Origin: Eledone cirrhosa
Taxonomy: Eukaryota
Length of the DNA stretch: 64,000 nt
Reading direction: 5' to 3'
NCBI GenBank assembly: GCA_964016885.1
Contig: OZ024763.1
Location: forward strand, 16,306,001 to 16,370,000
The position numbers and the translations under genes were made by a program. Positions 15,183 to 27,510 of this stretch are shown here, in pieces. Each line of letters opens with the position of its first letter. Position 1 is the first letter of the stretch. The notes beneath the pieces were generated by a model. It ran no database searches. It was not told the DNA's origin and was given only the letters and a program-made list of their open reading frames with translations.

Positions 15183-15254
15183 CTTCCTCTTGCAACAAGT
15201 GTGAAACTAAGACTGTGTAATTGTATCTCTGCATTTGTCTTTCGTAATCTTGAA
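15183..15254 (-). CDS. Candidate 72-bp internal exon of an unidentified gene
   Basis: Unique island in microsatellite; minus strand tgtttgtAG|TTCAAG...GAGGAAG|GTATGT. Length is a multiple of 3, and phase 1 reads [25 protein letters not shown]. No homology recognised. Confidence 0.4.
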
Positions 15255-15277
15255 CTACAAACACATTCAATCACATA

Positions 15278-15312
<35 letters not shown>

Positions 15313-15352
15313 CACACACATATAATATATTATATGTGTGTGTATATATATA

Positions 15353-15479
<127 letters not shown>

Positions 15480-15634
15480 TATAATATATATATATATATA
15501 TACACACAAGCACACACATAATATATATATACATAAATATAATATATATATTATATTTATGTATATATACATAAATATAATATATATATATATATATATA
15601 CATAAATATAATATATATATATATATATACATAA

Positions 15635-15686
<52 letters not shown>

Positions 15687-15776
15687 AATATAATATATAT
15701 ATATATATATATACGCACACAACACACACACACATATATATATACACACACACACAATATATATATATATACATGC

Positions 15777-15818
<42 letters not shown>

Positions 15819-15944
15819 CATTTGTACATACAAACATATACAGAGCATATGATATATGTGACTGAAAAATTGAAAAGTAATTTTATGAACTACCAGAGGG
15901 AGTATTTAAAAAGAAATTATACAGACACTCAGACATACACACAC

Positions 15945-16308
15945 ACACATTAATACACACACACACACGTTAATACACACACGGTAATACACACACACAC
16001 ACACGTTAATACACACACACACACGTTAATACACACACGGTAATACACACACACACACACACGTTAATACACACACACACACGTTAATACACACACGGTA
16101 ATACACACACACACACGTTAATACACACACACACACGTTAATACACACACACACACGTTAATACACACACGGTAATACACACACACACACGTTAATACAC
16201 ACACACACACGTTAATACACACACGGTAATACACACACACACACACACGTTAATACACACACACACACGTTAATACACACACGGTAATACACACACACAC
16301 ACGTTAAT

Positions 16309-16320
<12 letters not shown>
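15945..16320. repeat. (AC)n-gttaat/ggtaat compound minisatellite
   Basis: Direct inspection. Confidence 0.9.
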
Positions 16321-16343
<23 letters not shown>

Positions 16344-16574
16344 TACACACACACACACATATATATATATATCTATATATATATATATAGGTATAATTAG
16401 TATGTTTGTCAATGTTGGGGGATGTTTGGAGGGCTGATTGTGGTCTAATTATTCTTTACAGCCCAATAAAACTGTAATATGTTACCGTAAATGTGATAAA
16501 ATTTGCTGAGGGCCACTTGTAATGTCTCAGTTAGTCAGTTGTACAGTTTATTATCAAACTGATCTATTTATTGA

Positions 16575-17035
16575 TAGTGGGGGAGGTGGTGGTGAGGTGG
16601 GAGTGGTAGATAGTGAGGGTGGAGGTGGTGGTGAGGTGGGAGTGGTAGATAGTGAGGGTGGGAGGGGAAGAGGAGTGGGGATGTAGAGTGGTGGTGGGGT
16701 AGAGGAGTGCGGAGGTGGGAGTGGTAGAGTAGTGGGGGTGGTGGGGGTAGAGGAGTGGGGACGGTTAGGGGTAGAGGAGTGGGGTGGTGGGAGGGTAGAT
16801 GAGTGGGGATGTAGTGTGGTGGAGGGGCAGAGGGGTGGAATGGGAGGGGTAGAGGAGTAGGGGTGGTGGGGGTGGGAGGGGTAGATGAGTGGGGGTGGGA
16901 GGGGTAGATGAGTGGGGATGTAGTGTGGTGGAGGGGCAGAGGAGTGGGATGGGAGGGGTAGAGGAGTGGGGGTGGTGGGGGTAGATGAGTCGGGGTGGTG
17001 GGGGTAGAGGTGGGGGTGGGAGGGGTAGTGGGGTC
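16575..17035 (+). repeat. G-rich degenerate minisatellite (G-quadruplex-prone)
   Basis: Many GGG(G) runs separated by short linkers. Confidence 0.75.
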
Positions 17036-17094
17036 TGTATGTCTGTATATATGTCTGTATACAGGTCACCAGTTGTATATATGTCTGTATACAG

Positions 17095-17698
17095 GTCACC
17101 AGTTGGTGCTACTGGTAACATGTATCCCAGTACAACCTGTCCCATGGTCGGGTCGTTGGCGACTAAACTGGCAACCCCACCAAGGTTTCTTGGTGAGGAG
17201 GGTGACTTTGGACATCCTGCAGGACTAAAAACAAAACCTGTCAAAGGGCAAAGGAGCTCTTAAGAGTCAATGGCCATCCAAAATCACCGGGAGAGATGAC
17301 CCCTTAGCCTTTGTCAAGGCAGAATTCTAGGAGAAGGAAAACTCTGATATAACACCTGCAACCCTGATGGTATCCAATGATGTTGACTTGTTCTTCTTTT
17401 TGGTAAATATCATCTTGGTTAAGAGAGTGGGACTGGCTTTGTGCAGTGCCTTTGCTCACTATAAAAGCTTCACGGCACAGGCATTGCTTTATATCTGGAG
17501 ATCTCTCTGCACTTGTCGTCACATGGTACCATGGGCCCAGCACTATGTGTCAATAATTGTCACAAGTGTAGTGTTTGTACCAGAGTTTTCAAGTCGCTGG
17601 CTGGACTAAAAAGTCACACTCGTTCAGCGCATCGGTAGGGGTTCTCCTACATGGATATAAAGTAGTGGCCGTACTCGAAAACGAGTTGGCAGCCACCA
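17095..17698 (+). mobile_element. Non-autonomous bipartite RTE-derived element, longest copy
   Basis: The 5' part carries ctaggagaaggaaaactctga, an RTE 5' UTR-like motif. The 3' part (17561-17638) encodes HKCSVCTRVFKSLAGLKSHTRSAHR*, like the C-terminal C2H2 finger of RTE ORF2. Three copies in the window. Confidence 0.8.
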
Positions 17699-17710
17699 TA
17701 TATATACATA

Positions 17711-18020
17711 TGGAGGCACATGGCTTAGTGGTTAGAGCATTGGCTTTGCAATCGAAAGGTTGTGAGTTCAATTCCCAGACCGGATGATGTGTTGTTTCCT
17801 TGAGCAAGACACTTTATTTCACATTGCTCCAGTTTACTAAGCTGTAGATGATAGGGACTGCAAAGTGGTCGTGGAGGAGCCCACGTCAAAAAAGCACCCA
17901 GCACTCACTGTAAATGAGGTTGGTGTTAGGAAGGGCATCCAGCTGTAGAAATCAGGCCAGAATCAGTTCCCGTCCCACCCTTTCAAGCAGGGAAAAACGG
18001 ACGTAAAATGATGATGATGA
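17711..18020 (+). mobile_element. CORE-type tRNA SINE with RTE tail
   Basis: ggaggcacatggcttagtggttagagc (A box), gagttcaattccc (B box), CORE, tail, (GAT)n. Confidence 0.9.
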
Positions 18021-18194
18021 TATATATGTGTATGTATATATCTGTCAGGAGTTACAACTGGTAGATAGTTTCAGCAATAGCAAAGACCAATGGAAACATT
18101 GTTTCCTTGCTCCAAGCTGATGAGCTCCACATTGCTTGGTAATCAAATAAGGTCTTGGATCTTGTCGTTTGCCTTCAGAAGAAGAAGAAATTAT

Positions 18195-18550
18195 GGTCTT
18201 TTACATTCAAATTCCACCGAGGTCATCTTTACATTTCATCCTTCTGGGGTCATTGAAATAAAGTACCAGTAAAGTACTAGGGCTTACAATTGACTCTCCT
18301 TTCCCCTAAACTGTTGACCTTTTGCCAAAATTACAAATCACTTTTAAAATAAAAGTTGATGGATTAGTCAAATCAGTAGAGCGTCCGTCGAACAAAAGAG
18401 CTTGTAACTTTTAGTTATGGGTCTTTAAGTTTGTTGTTCATATCTTGCTAAGACCAACTTTGCCTTTCATCCTTCTGGGGTCAATAAAATAAAGTACCAG
18501 TGTCAATGTAATTGATTTTTTCCCTCCCCCAAATTGCTGGCCTTGTGCCA
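18195..18550 (+). mobile_element. Two degenerate Meta-like SINE fragments
   Basis: tttcatccttctggggtc...aaataaagtaccag occurs twice. Confidence 0.65.
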
Positions 18551-19100
18551 GGTAACTAACTTTTTCTTTGCCTTCATCTTACCTTCCATTTTGCATTGTT
18601 TTAGCCTTCTTACATATATCACTTTCTACATTATATATTATATACACTACTTGAAGCAAATTGCAATATTTTATTATATATTATATATATATCAAATTAA
18701 TAAATGGAGTTAAAGACTCACATTAGTCCCCTATAATCTAATGAGCTCAAAGAATAGATTCTGGGCTCTTTATAAATCAGCGGCATTTCGGTCTATTCAC
18801 ACCACCAAGGGCTATAAAATGCACGTCTATCCTCTATACTATGCGTGTTTTCTTAGTTATCTAATATATTTTGTTGATCGTATTGATAGGCTCCCACGAC
18901 GAGCTACATCTGCAGTATGTATTCTTCGCTTTTTATAGCGAAACCTACTTTAATTTGAGCATGCCAGGGTGTTATAGTGTAATTGGTGGTTAGTACACTT
19001 TGATATATTCTTTTGATTTGTATTCACCATCCCTTCCGTAGTTAATATGTTCATCACTCTGGTGGTTTTTGATCCCCTATGATTGAACACATATCATTGT

Positions 19101-19537
<437 letters not shown>

Positions 19538-19559
19538 ATATATCTTTCCTTATGTGTGG

Positions 19560-20809
19560 GATTGTCATCACTAAGAAAAGAGTCCTCAGTATGTAAACAT
19601 AGAGTTAAATATTTTATATTATGTAAAATACATGGCAAATTGTGTGAAACTTAACAAATCTGCCACCAAAACATTTAATTCTTTAACATAAGCTTATGGA
19701 GGTGCCACTCTACCAAGGAGTAAGGTTTTTAAGTGGCACAGAGCTTTTAAAGAGGGCTGAGAAAATGTTGAAGATAAACCTCGCTCTGGAAATCCAATCT
19801 CGTCAATAAATGAACAAATTGTGGAAATGTTGCAAGTGGTGATGGTAAAAAAACTGTCAGTTAAGTGTTAGGGTGATTGCAGAAGAAATTGGCTGGGATG
19901 AAAATGCAATTCACAAAATTTTAACAGACCATTTACACATGTGAAAAATTTGTGCAAATGTAGTGCGAAACATTTGTCTATTGAGCAAAAAGTGAACTGG
20001 TTGGAAATTTGTTTGATATTTGGCTCAAAATTGAGCCAAATATCTTGGAAAAAGTAATAACAGGAGATGAATTATGGGTGCAGTCCTGGATTTAGGACAA
20101 ATGAGGCCCTGTGCTAGTTTTGGGCCCTGAATTCATAGTAAACAAAATTTTTGGCAGGAAGATGTGTGGCCCCCTTCTCTGGCCAATAGGGCCCTGTGCT
20201 TAAGCACACCTAAGCGCAATGGTAAATCTGGCACTGCATGGGTGTTTAAATATGATCCAGAGACAGAATGGCAAATTGGGGAGTGGCACATGAACAATTC
20301 TCCTCATCTGAAGAAAGCCTGCATGAACAGATCAAGGGTGAAAACGATTATCATTTTTTTTTGACAGGATGTCTTGGTTCAACTTCAAAAGCAGGTCTAT
20401 TGAGTCCGAAAGGACATTGCAGGAGATTGCAGACTGTACCATTATAATGTGCCAGCTCATACAGAACTTTCAATGAGAGAATTTCTGACAAAGAAAAATA
20501 TTCTCACTCTTTTATATCCTCCCTACATCCCAGATCTAGCTCTATGTGATGTCTACCTCTTCCCAAAGTTAAAATCAAAGGGTCACCATTTTGGGACTGT
20601 AAAAAACATACAAAAAATTGTAATCGATGAGCTAAGGACACTCACAGAAAATGACTTCTGGTACTGTTACGATCAGTGGAAAACAACGTTGGAACCACTG
20701 TGACATCCCACGAGTTGTATTTTGAAGGAAATAACTTATAATTTCATATAGATCTAATATACATTTAAATAAAACATCAGTGCTCTTACTTTTGGAACAA
20801 ACCTTGCAT
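19560..20809 (+). pseudogene. Decayed mariner (Tc1/mariner) transposase
   Basis: Broken translation CVKLNKSATKTF..KVFKWHRAFKEG.ENVEDKPRSG..LEKVITGDELWV/WVFKYDPET..HYNVPAHT..YPPYIPDLALCDVYLFPKLK. Right TIR-like ttacttttggaacaaaccttgca followed by TA. Confidence 0.9.
20081..20236. mobile_element. hAT-type MITE nested in the mariner
   Basis: TIRs cagtcctggattta / taaatctggcactg; 8-bp TSD tatgggtg / catgggtg; interrupts the GDELWV motif. Confidence 0.85.
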
Positions 20810-20816
20810 ATATATA

Positions 20817-21160
20817 TCATCATCATCATCATCATTTTACGTCCGCTTTTCCCTGCTTGCAAGGGTGGGACGGGAACTGATTCTGGCTTGATTTCTACAG
20901 CTGGATGCCCTTCCTAACACCAACCTCATTTACAGTGAGTGCTGGGTGCTTTTTTTTCCGTGGCACCTCCACGACCACTTTACAGTGGAATGATAGCGAC
21001 CCCAGTCCCTATCATCTCATTTCTACAGCTGAGTAAACTGGAGCAATGTGAAATAAAGCGTCTTGCTCAAGGAAACAATACACCACCCGGTCTGAGAATT
21101 GAACTCACAACCTTTCGATTAGAAGGCCAATGCTCTAACCACTAAGCCAAGTGCCTCCAT
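20817..21160 (-). mobile_element. CORE-type tRNA SINE with RTE tail, full length
   Basis: Reverse complement of the 19201 consensus. Confidence 0.9.
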
Positions 21161-21369
21161 ATATATATAAGGGATAACAAAATATCGTTATAGGTAATCC
21201 AGTTAGAGGTTGTGAATACTCCGTTTGTGGATAGTTTTAGCGTACGGCGTTGTTTGACTCAACAAAAGGTTTCCTTAGGTGGCGAGTTTGTGAGTTCCCT
21301 TGCATTCCTATGTAAGTTTATCTTGGAGTAATAATATTGAAAGAGTGAAGAATAACATGGTCAACAGTA

Positions 21370-21483
21370 CAGTCCTTTCTGATGATCTGGTTAAGCTAAC
21401 ATCGTATTTACAATTGAGTGGCACAGCTTCAAGTGTTCAGCAATTTTTAGACAACTTAATCAGTGAAACAATTGTTAAGACTG
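21370..21483 (+). ncRNA. Hammerhead ribozyme with long stem II insert
   Basis: CAGTCCTTT CTGATGA TCTGGTTAAG...CTTAATCAGT GAAA CAATTG TT AAGACTG; palindromic stem III ACAATTGT; flanked by 30 bp inverted repeats at 21342-21371 and 21501-21531. Confidence 0.65.
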
Positions 21484-21522
21484 TAAATAAAACCCTTTTT
21501 TTGTACTGTTGACCATGTTATT

Positions 21523-21580
<58 letters not shown>

Positions 21581-21920
21581 GGAACATGGCTTAGTGGTTA
21601 GAGCATTGGCCTTGCAATCGAAAGGTTGTGAGTTCAATTCTCAGACCGGGTGATGTGTTGTTTCCTTGAGCAAGACACTTTATTTCACATTGCTCCAGTT
21701 TACTCAGCTGTAGAAATGAGATGATAGGGACTGGGGTCCATATCATTCCACTGTAAAGTGGTCATGAAGGTGCCACGGCAAAAAAGCACCCGGCACTCAC
21801 TGTAAATGAGGTTGGTGTTAGGAAGGGCATCCAGCTGTAGAAATCAAGCCAGAATCAGTTCCCGTCCCACCCTTGCAAGCAGGGAAAAAGCGGACGTAAA
21901 ATGAAATGATGATGATGATG
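21581..21920 (+). mobile_element. CORE-type tRNA SINE with RTE tail, full length
   Basis: Same consensus as the other copies. Confidence 0.9.
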
Positions 21921-22209
21921 AATAAGTATAACCCCAACGGCAGAGCTCAAGCCGTTTCGACGGCTATTTCTGGAGTGAAATAGCCGTTGAAACGGCTTGT
22001 GCTCTGCCGTCGGGGTCATACTTGTTCCTATTACCCACTCTACTACACTAAGTATTGAGTACTTTGGTGCATTATGGTCCATCTGGTTCTTTACCACAAT
22101 TCCTTCATTATATATATATATATATATATATATATCCAGGGAGTGTAACATGAGCACTTGTTGATTAGGTTCACATCAGTAGCGAGGTGTAGAGCTATAC
22201 AGAGTATAA

Positions 22210-22411
22210 TATAATAATTTCAAGGATGATTTGTTAAGCCTTCATTATGTTTATTGATTGCCATTACAACAGCAAAGGTCTGACGAGCTTTTGATTCCAG
22301 AGTCAGGCCAGATCGATACCGATCGAACTTTGAGCTGATCAATAGCAAAACACACGTCACTAATCAATAAACGTAAAGAAGGCTTAACAAATCGACCTTG
22401 TATTTATTATA
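22210..22411 (+). mobile_element. Inverted-repeat element with degenerate hammerhead
   Basis: Inverted repeats 22210-22260 and 22361-22411. CTGACGA GCT...AGC AAAA CACACGTC at 22280-22358, with the G of GAAA lost. Confidence 0.55.
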
Positions 22412-22479
22412 TATATATATATCATCATCATCAGTGTCATCATTTTACGTCCGCTTTTCCCTGCTTGCAAGTGTGGGAA

Positions 22480-23192
22480 AGACAGGTCCTTTTCAGCACA
22501 GCAAAAGCTGCGCTTAGAGAAGCCATCCACTGGTTACAAACCAATAACGCAAAATGGACTTCGGCGAGCATCATCTGCGACTGTAAATCTCTATTTCAGG
22601 CAATCGACAACTCTGCCCCCCAAAGATCCCACAATAACAGAACTCCAGGCAGCAGTTAACAACCTCGGAGAAGACAAATACCTAATTGTTGTATGGGTCC
22701 CTGGTCACTGTAATCTACAAGGGAATGAACCAGCAGACATACTCACAAAGCAGGGCTCCTCACTTCCACAACCTAACACCCCTGCTGACCATGCCACGAG
22801 ACAAGCTCTCATCAAAAGGGAGTGTAGACCAGCACCCTTCACCCACGAGAGAACTATCCAAACCTTCAGCAAACCGCCGGACGAGAGAGTTGAAAACGTT
22901 ATAGACAAGGCTGATCTCACCCACCTTATCCGCTTCAGAAGTGGGCACCATCCAGCACTTGGCAGGGGGCAGCTACTGACTGACAAATGTGAAGACAGCA
23001 CTTGCAGACTCTGCAGTGAAGAGGCGGAGTCGTCTGAACACCTCTGGCTACGATGCCCTGCATTGGCGATCAAGAGATACCATCACCAACTCGGCACTTC
23101 CTTAGAGGAATTAGTCCGTCTCCCAGTCGCATCTCTAGCGCTTGTGAGGAGGATCCTCAGGCATCTGAGGTGAATCAACAACAACAACAACA
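22480..23192 (+). pseudogene. LINE 3' end with RNase H and CCHC knuckle (I/Ingi/Nimb-like group)
   Basis: SIICDCKSLFQAI..VVWVPGHCNLQGNEPADILTK (RNase H); RFRSGHHP..TCRLCSEEAESSEHLWLRCPAL; (CAA)n tail. Confidence 0.88.
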
Positions 23193-23194
23193 CC

Positions 23195-23300
23195 AGCAGC
23201 TCTCCATTCGTCGCGGTCCTTCGTCATCTCCTCTGGGAGCTTCAGCGATCTGAGGTCAATTCTCACCACCTCCGCCCATGATTTTCGTGGTCTCCCTCTA
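23195..23300 (-). pseudogene. RTE ORF2 C-terminal fragment
   Basis: RGRPRKSWAEVVRIDLRSLKLPEEMTKDRDEWRAA. Confidence 0.8.
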
Positions 23301-23307
23301 TATATAT

Positions 23308-23357
<50 letters not shown>

Positions 23358-23569
23358 TTGGTGTTAGGAAGGGTATCCAGCTGTAAAATACCCGGCAAAA
23401 TTTACAGTCCTCCTTGTAGCAAGGTGCAGCAGGGCCAACTCTGGCCCGACTTGTTTCCTGGCGTGGACAACCCGTCTAACCCATGCATGCATGGAACATG
23501 GACGCTAAACAGTGATGGTGAGGATAATGATACACACACACGTATATATATATATATTTTTTTTTTCGT

Positions 23570-23797
23570 AGTATGTAGAGTGACAGGATGGAAGAAGTTT
23601 AGGGAGCTGCCTTCTCTATTGACAAAGAAGGGTTTCTCCCTACGAACAAAAGGTCGGTTATATGATGCCTGTATGAGATGCGTGATGCTGCACGGTAATG
23701 AGACATGGGCAGCAACTAGGGAGGAAGATATGAGACGGCTGGAGAGAAATGAAGCAAGCATGCTCCGATGGATGTGCAATGTCAATGTGTGGGAACA
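23570..23797 (+). pseudogene. RTE ORF2 fragment
   Basis: [58 protein letters not shown], homologous to the 12702-13784 ORF. Confidence 0.85.
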
Positions 23798-23861
23798 ATA
23801 TACACACACACACATACATATGTATATATATACGCACACACATACATATATATATATATAT

Positions 23862-23942
<81 letters not shown>

Positions 23943-24045
23943 GGGCGACCGGCTAAGGTAGAGGATGCAAGATAGCGGTCGTACTCGGGTCCTCGATTTT
24001 CAGCCCCATGGATTTTATCTATTACATTCACTTATTATATTTCGA

Positions 24046-24103
24046 ATACCTGATGATGTCACCGGATTCATACGGAACCCGGTCATTGAAATGATCATAG
24101 TAT
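24046..24103 (+). ncRNA. Minimal type I hammerhead ribozyme
   Basis: ATAC CTGATGA TGTCACCGG..CCGGTCATT GAAA TGATCA TA GTAT; palindromic stem III ATGATCAT; lies in a non-coding island (23942-24300) between (TA)n tracts. Confidence 0.75.
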
Positions 24104-24297
24104 AATAAACCTTTCAAGGATTTACACAAATCCAGCCTCCTGTCATTTCATTATAATATTTAACTCCGTAATAGCACCACCAACTACAAAAACAAAGACG
24201 GTTGAACTGCCTTACGTTGAGTACTCTCTATATTATTGCATTGCAATTGATCATACGGAATTGACCAGCTCTATACAGTGGTGAACCTCAAACCTGA

Positions 24298-24330
<33 letters not shown>

Positions 24331-24534
24331 GGAACGAGTAGGACCCCGACGGCTGAGCTCAAGCCGTTTCGACGGCTAATTCCTATTACCCACTCTACTA
24401 CCCTAAGTATTGAGTACTTTGGTGCGTTATGGTCCACCTGGTTCCTTACCACATTTCCTTCGTTATATATATATATATATATATACACATATATATATAT
24501 ACACACATATCCACGCACAAAAAATATATATTTT

Positions 24535-24850
24535 TACGAGTTAAGAGAGAAGCTGTGTATAAGAGGGATGAACTGTAGTGTACGGGAGAGAAGACTGCGT
24601 TGGTATGGACATGTGATGCGCATGGAGGATGACCGCTGGGGGGGAAGAAGTGCCAAGAAATCCCGGTGGAAGGAAGACGCAGTAGAGGAAGACCACAAAA
24701 AACATGGGCGGAGGTGGTGAAAGCAGACCTCAGATCGCTGAAGCTCACAGAGGAGATGACGAGGGACCGTGACGAATGGAGAGATGCTGTGCTGAAGAGG
24801 GGCCCGTCCCACCCTTGCAAGCAGGGAAAAGCGGATGTAAAATGATGAAG
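24535..24850 (+). pseudogene. RTE LINE 3' end (second subfamily)
   Basis: VRERRLRWYGHVMRMEDDR..EGRRSRGRPQKTWAEVVKADLRSLKLTEEMTRDRDEWRDAVL, followed by cccacccttgcaagcagggaaaagcgg, the extreme tail of the CORE SINEs. Confidence 0.85.
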
Positions 24851-24984
24851 AAAAACTGTCTCTTTTTTACTTAGAAACTACGTTGCTACACTCTATCCAC
24901 CAGTATTGAGTGCTCATTCTGTTAATGTTTGAAAGTTTTAAATATTACAGTATCTTAAACATATTCATTCTAAAATATCTATAA

Positions 24985-25089
24985 ATATATGTGTGTACAC
25001 ACATATATATTACATATGTGCATCTATATATATATGTATGTGTATATATATATATGTGTGTGTGTGTATTTTTATACACACACCCACAC

Positions 25090-25130
<41 letters not shown>

Positions 25131-25172
25131 TATTTTTATACACACACCCACACACACACACATATATATATG

Positions 25173-25221
<49 letters not shown>

Positions 25222-25394
25222 GTGTGTGGGTGTGTGTATAAAAATATATATATATATATACACACACATATATGTATATATATATATATACACATACACA
25301 TATATATGTATATATATATATATACACACACACACACATGTATATATATATATATACACACATATATATGTATGTGTGTGTGTATGTATATATA

Positions 25395-25425
<31 letters not shown>

Positions 25426-25434
25426 GTGTGTGTG

Positions 25435-25465
<31 letters not shown>

Positions 25466-25536
25466 ATATATATATATATATATGTGTGTGTGTATACATA
25501 TATATATATATGTGTGTGTGTGTGTATATATATATA

Positions 25537-25596
<60 letters not shown>

Positions 25597-25669
25597 TATA
25601 TATATATACACACACACACACACATATATATATATATGTATACACACACACATATATATATATATATAT

Positions 25670-25700
<31 letters not shown>

Positions 25701-25709
25701 CACACACAC

Positions 25710-25754
<45 letters not shown>

Positions 25755-25755
25755 C

Positions 25756-25788
<33 letters not shown>

Positions 25789-26259
25789 CACAGACACACA
25801 TATATATATATATACACACACACACATATATATATACACACACACACACACATATATATATATACACACACACACGCATATATATATATATATTCACACA
25901 CACATATATACTTGCACATTGGTTACCTGACCTTCTCCCTAAAGGTCAGGTAATCAATCAATGCCTCATGAGTGTGTAGGTGTGTGGTCAGTGTGTGTGT
26001 GTGGTCAGTGTGTGTGTGTGTGTGTTTAATGTTGGTGTGATGTGTGTGTGTGTGTGGTCAGTATGAAGTAGGGCACTGCTTCTTGCCAATAATACTCACA
26101 CATAGCTGACACAGTGGACATGTCTTTACACACGTACACACACACACACGTACACACACACACACACGTACACACACACACACACGTACACACACACGCA
26201 CACACACACACGTACACACGTCTGTTTATCTATATCTAACTATCTTTTTCCATCTCTCA

Positions 26260-26296
<37 letters not shown>

Positions 26297-26468
26297 TGTT
26301 TTATATATATATACACACACACATAGATATATACACACATAAATGCATATGTATATATATAAACACACACATATATATATATATATATATATTTACATAT
26401 ATTTACATATTTGTGCACATATATATGGATGCATATATGATTATATATATATCCATACATATACAGGA

Positions 26469-26506
<38 letters not shown>

Positions 26507-26598
26507 GTATATAAATATATATATATATACATATGTATGTATATATGTATATATATGTATGTATATATGTATACATATATGTATGTATATATGTATAC

Positions 26599-26629
<31 letters not shown>

Positions 26630-27200
26630 TATGTATATATATATATATATACATATGTATATATATATATATATACATATGTATATATATATATATATAC
26701 ATATGTATATATATATATATATACATATGTAAATATATATATATATATATACATATGTATGTATATATGTATATATGTATGTATGTATATATGTATATAT
26801 GTATATATATATATATGTATATATATGTATACATGTATATATATGTATGTATATGTATGTATATATATATGTATATACCCACACACACATATACATACGT
26901 ATATATGTATATATATATACATACAGACACACACACACATACACACATATATATATATATTGATTTGAGGTATCTTTCATATTTCTTAAATTTTATTGGT
27001 TACTTTATATTCAGATCTAGAATATATTGTTTGTTATTTTATTCCAGTCTATCACAGCACTGTTGTTTTGTTGGTATTTCTCTGGAGCATTTCTTTGATT
27101 ATACACACCCATATATATGTATATACACACATGTATATATATACATACACACATATTCATACGTATATATATATATATTTATATATATATATATATATAT
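24985..27200. repeat. (TA)n/(CA)n compound microsatellite field with small unique islands
   Basis: Direct inspection. Confidence 0.9.
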
Positions 27201-27246
27201 ATTTACGATATTAAACAAATGGAAACTATATTTATAAAACCATATT

Positions 27247-27312
27247 TATTTCATTATACATATTTCGGGGATACCATATTAAAAATATGGCATGCCTTCG
27301 TCAGATAAAATA
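27247..27312 (-). ncRNA. Minimal type I hammerhead ribozyme (left palindrome arm)
   Basis: Exact reverse complement of 27445-27510. Confidence 0.75.
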
Positions 27313-27444
27313 CAATATATAACAGTTTTATAAATAATTTTGACGTACCATAAATATGAGCGACCATTATGCAGGAAGCTTCCTGCATAATGGTCGCTCA
27401 TATTTATGGTACGTCAAAATTATTTATAAAACTGTTATATATTG

Positions 27445-27510
27445 TATTTTATCTGACGAAGGCATGCCATATTTTTAATATGGTATCCCCGAAATATGTA
27501 TAATGAAATA
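27445..27510 (+). ncRNA. Minimal type I hammerhead ribozyme (right palindrome arm)
   Basis: TATTTTAT CTGACGA AGGCATGCCATAT TTTTA ATATGGTATCCCC GAAA TATGTA TA ATGAAATA. Confidence 0.78.

Noticed and set aside
17125-17205. Twister or HDV-like ribozyme at the 5' end of the bipartite element
   Set aside because: Partial resemblance only (gtccca loop, gaggagggt); the required pseudoknot pairings could not be completed by eye.
17561-17638. Host C2H2 zinc-finger gene exon
   Set aside because: It is a single finger at the same position in three copies of a dispersed, 5'-truncated repeat, which fits an RTE ORF2 C-terminus.
17711-17785. tRNA genes at SINE heads
   Set aside because: A and B boxes are present, but the sequence continues into CORE or Meta domains and LINE tails, and no acceptor stem is evident; these are SINEs.
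18890-18960. acgacga-gcta...tagc-gaaac hammerhead-like segment
   Set aside because: The CTGA is not intact and stems I and III are unconvincing.
24945-27308. Many YI/CV/HT-rich ORFs here and at 6259-10670, 14666-15848, 55834-56712 and 59341-61919
   Set aside because: They are translations of (TA)n and (CA)n microsatellites.
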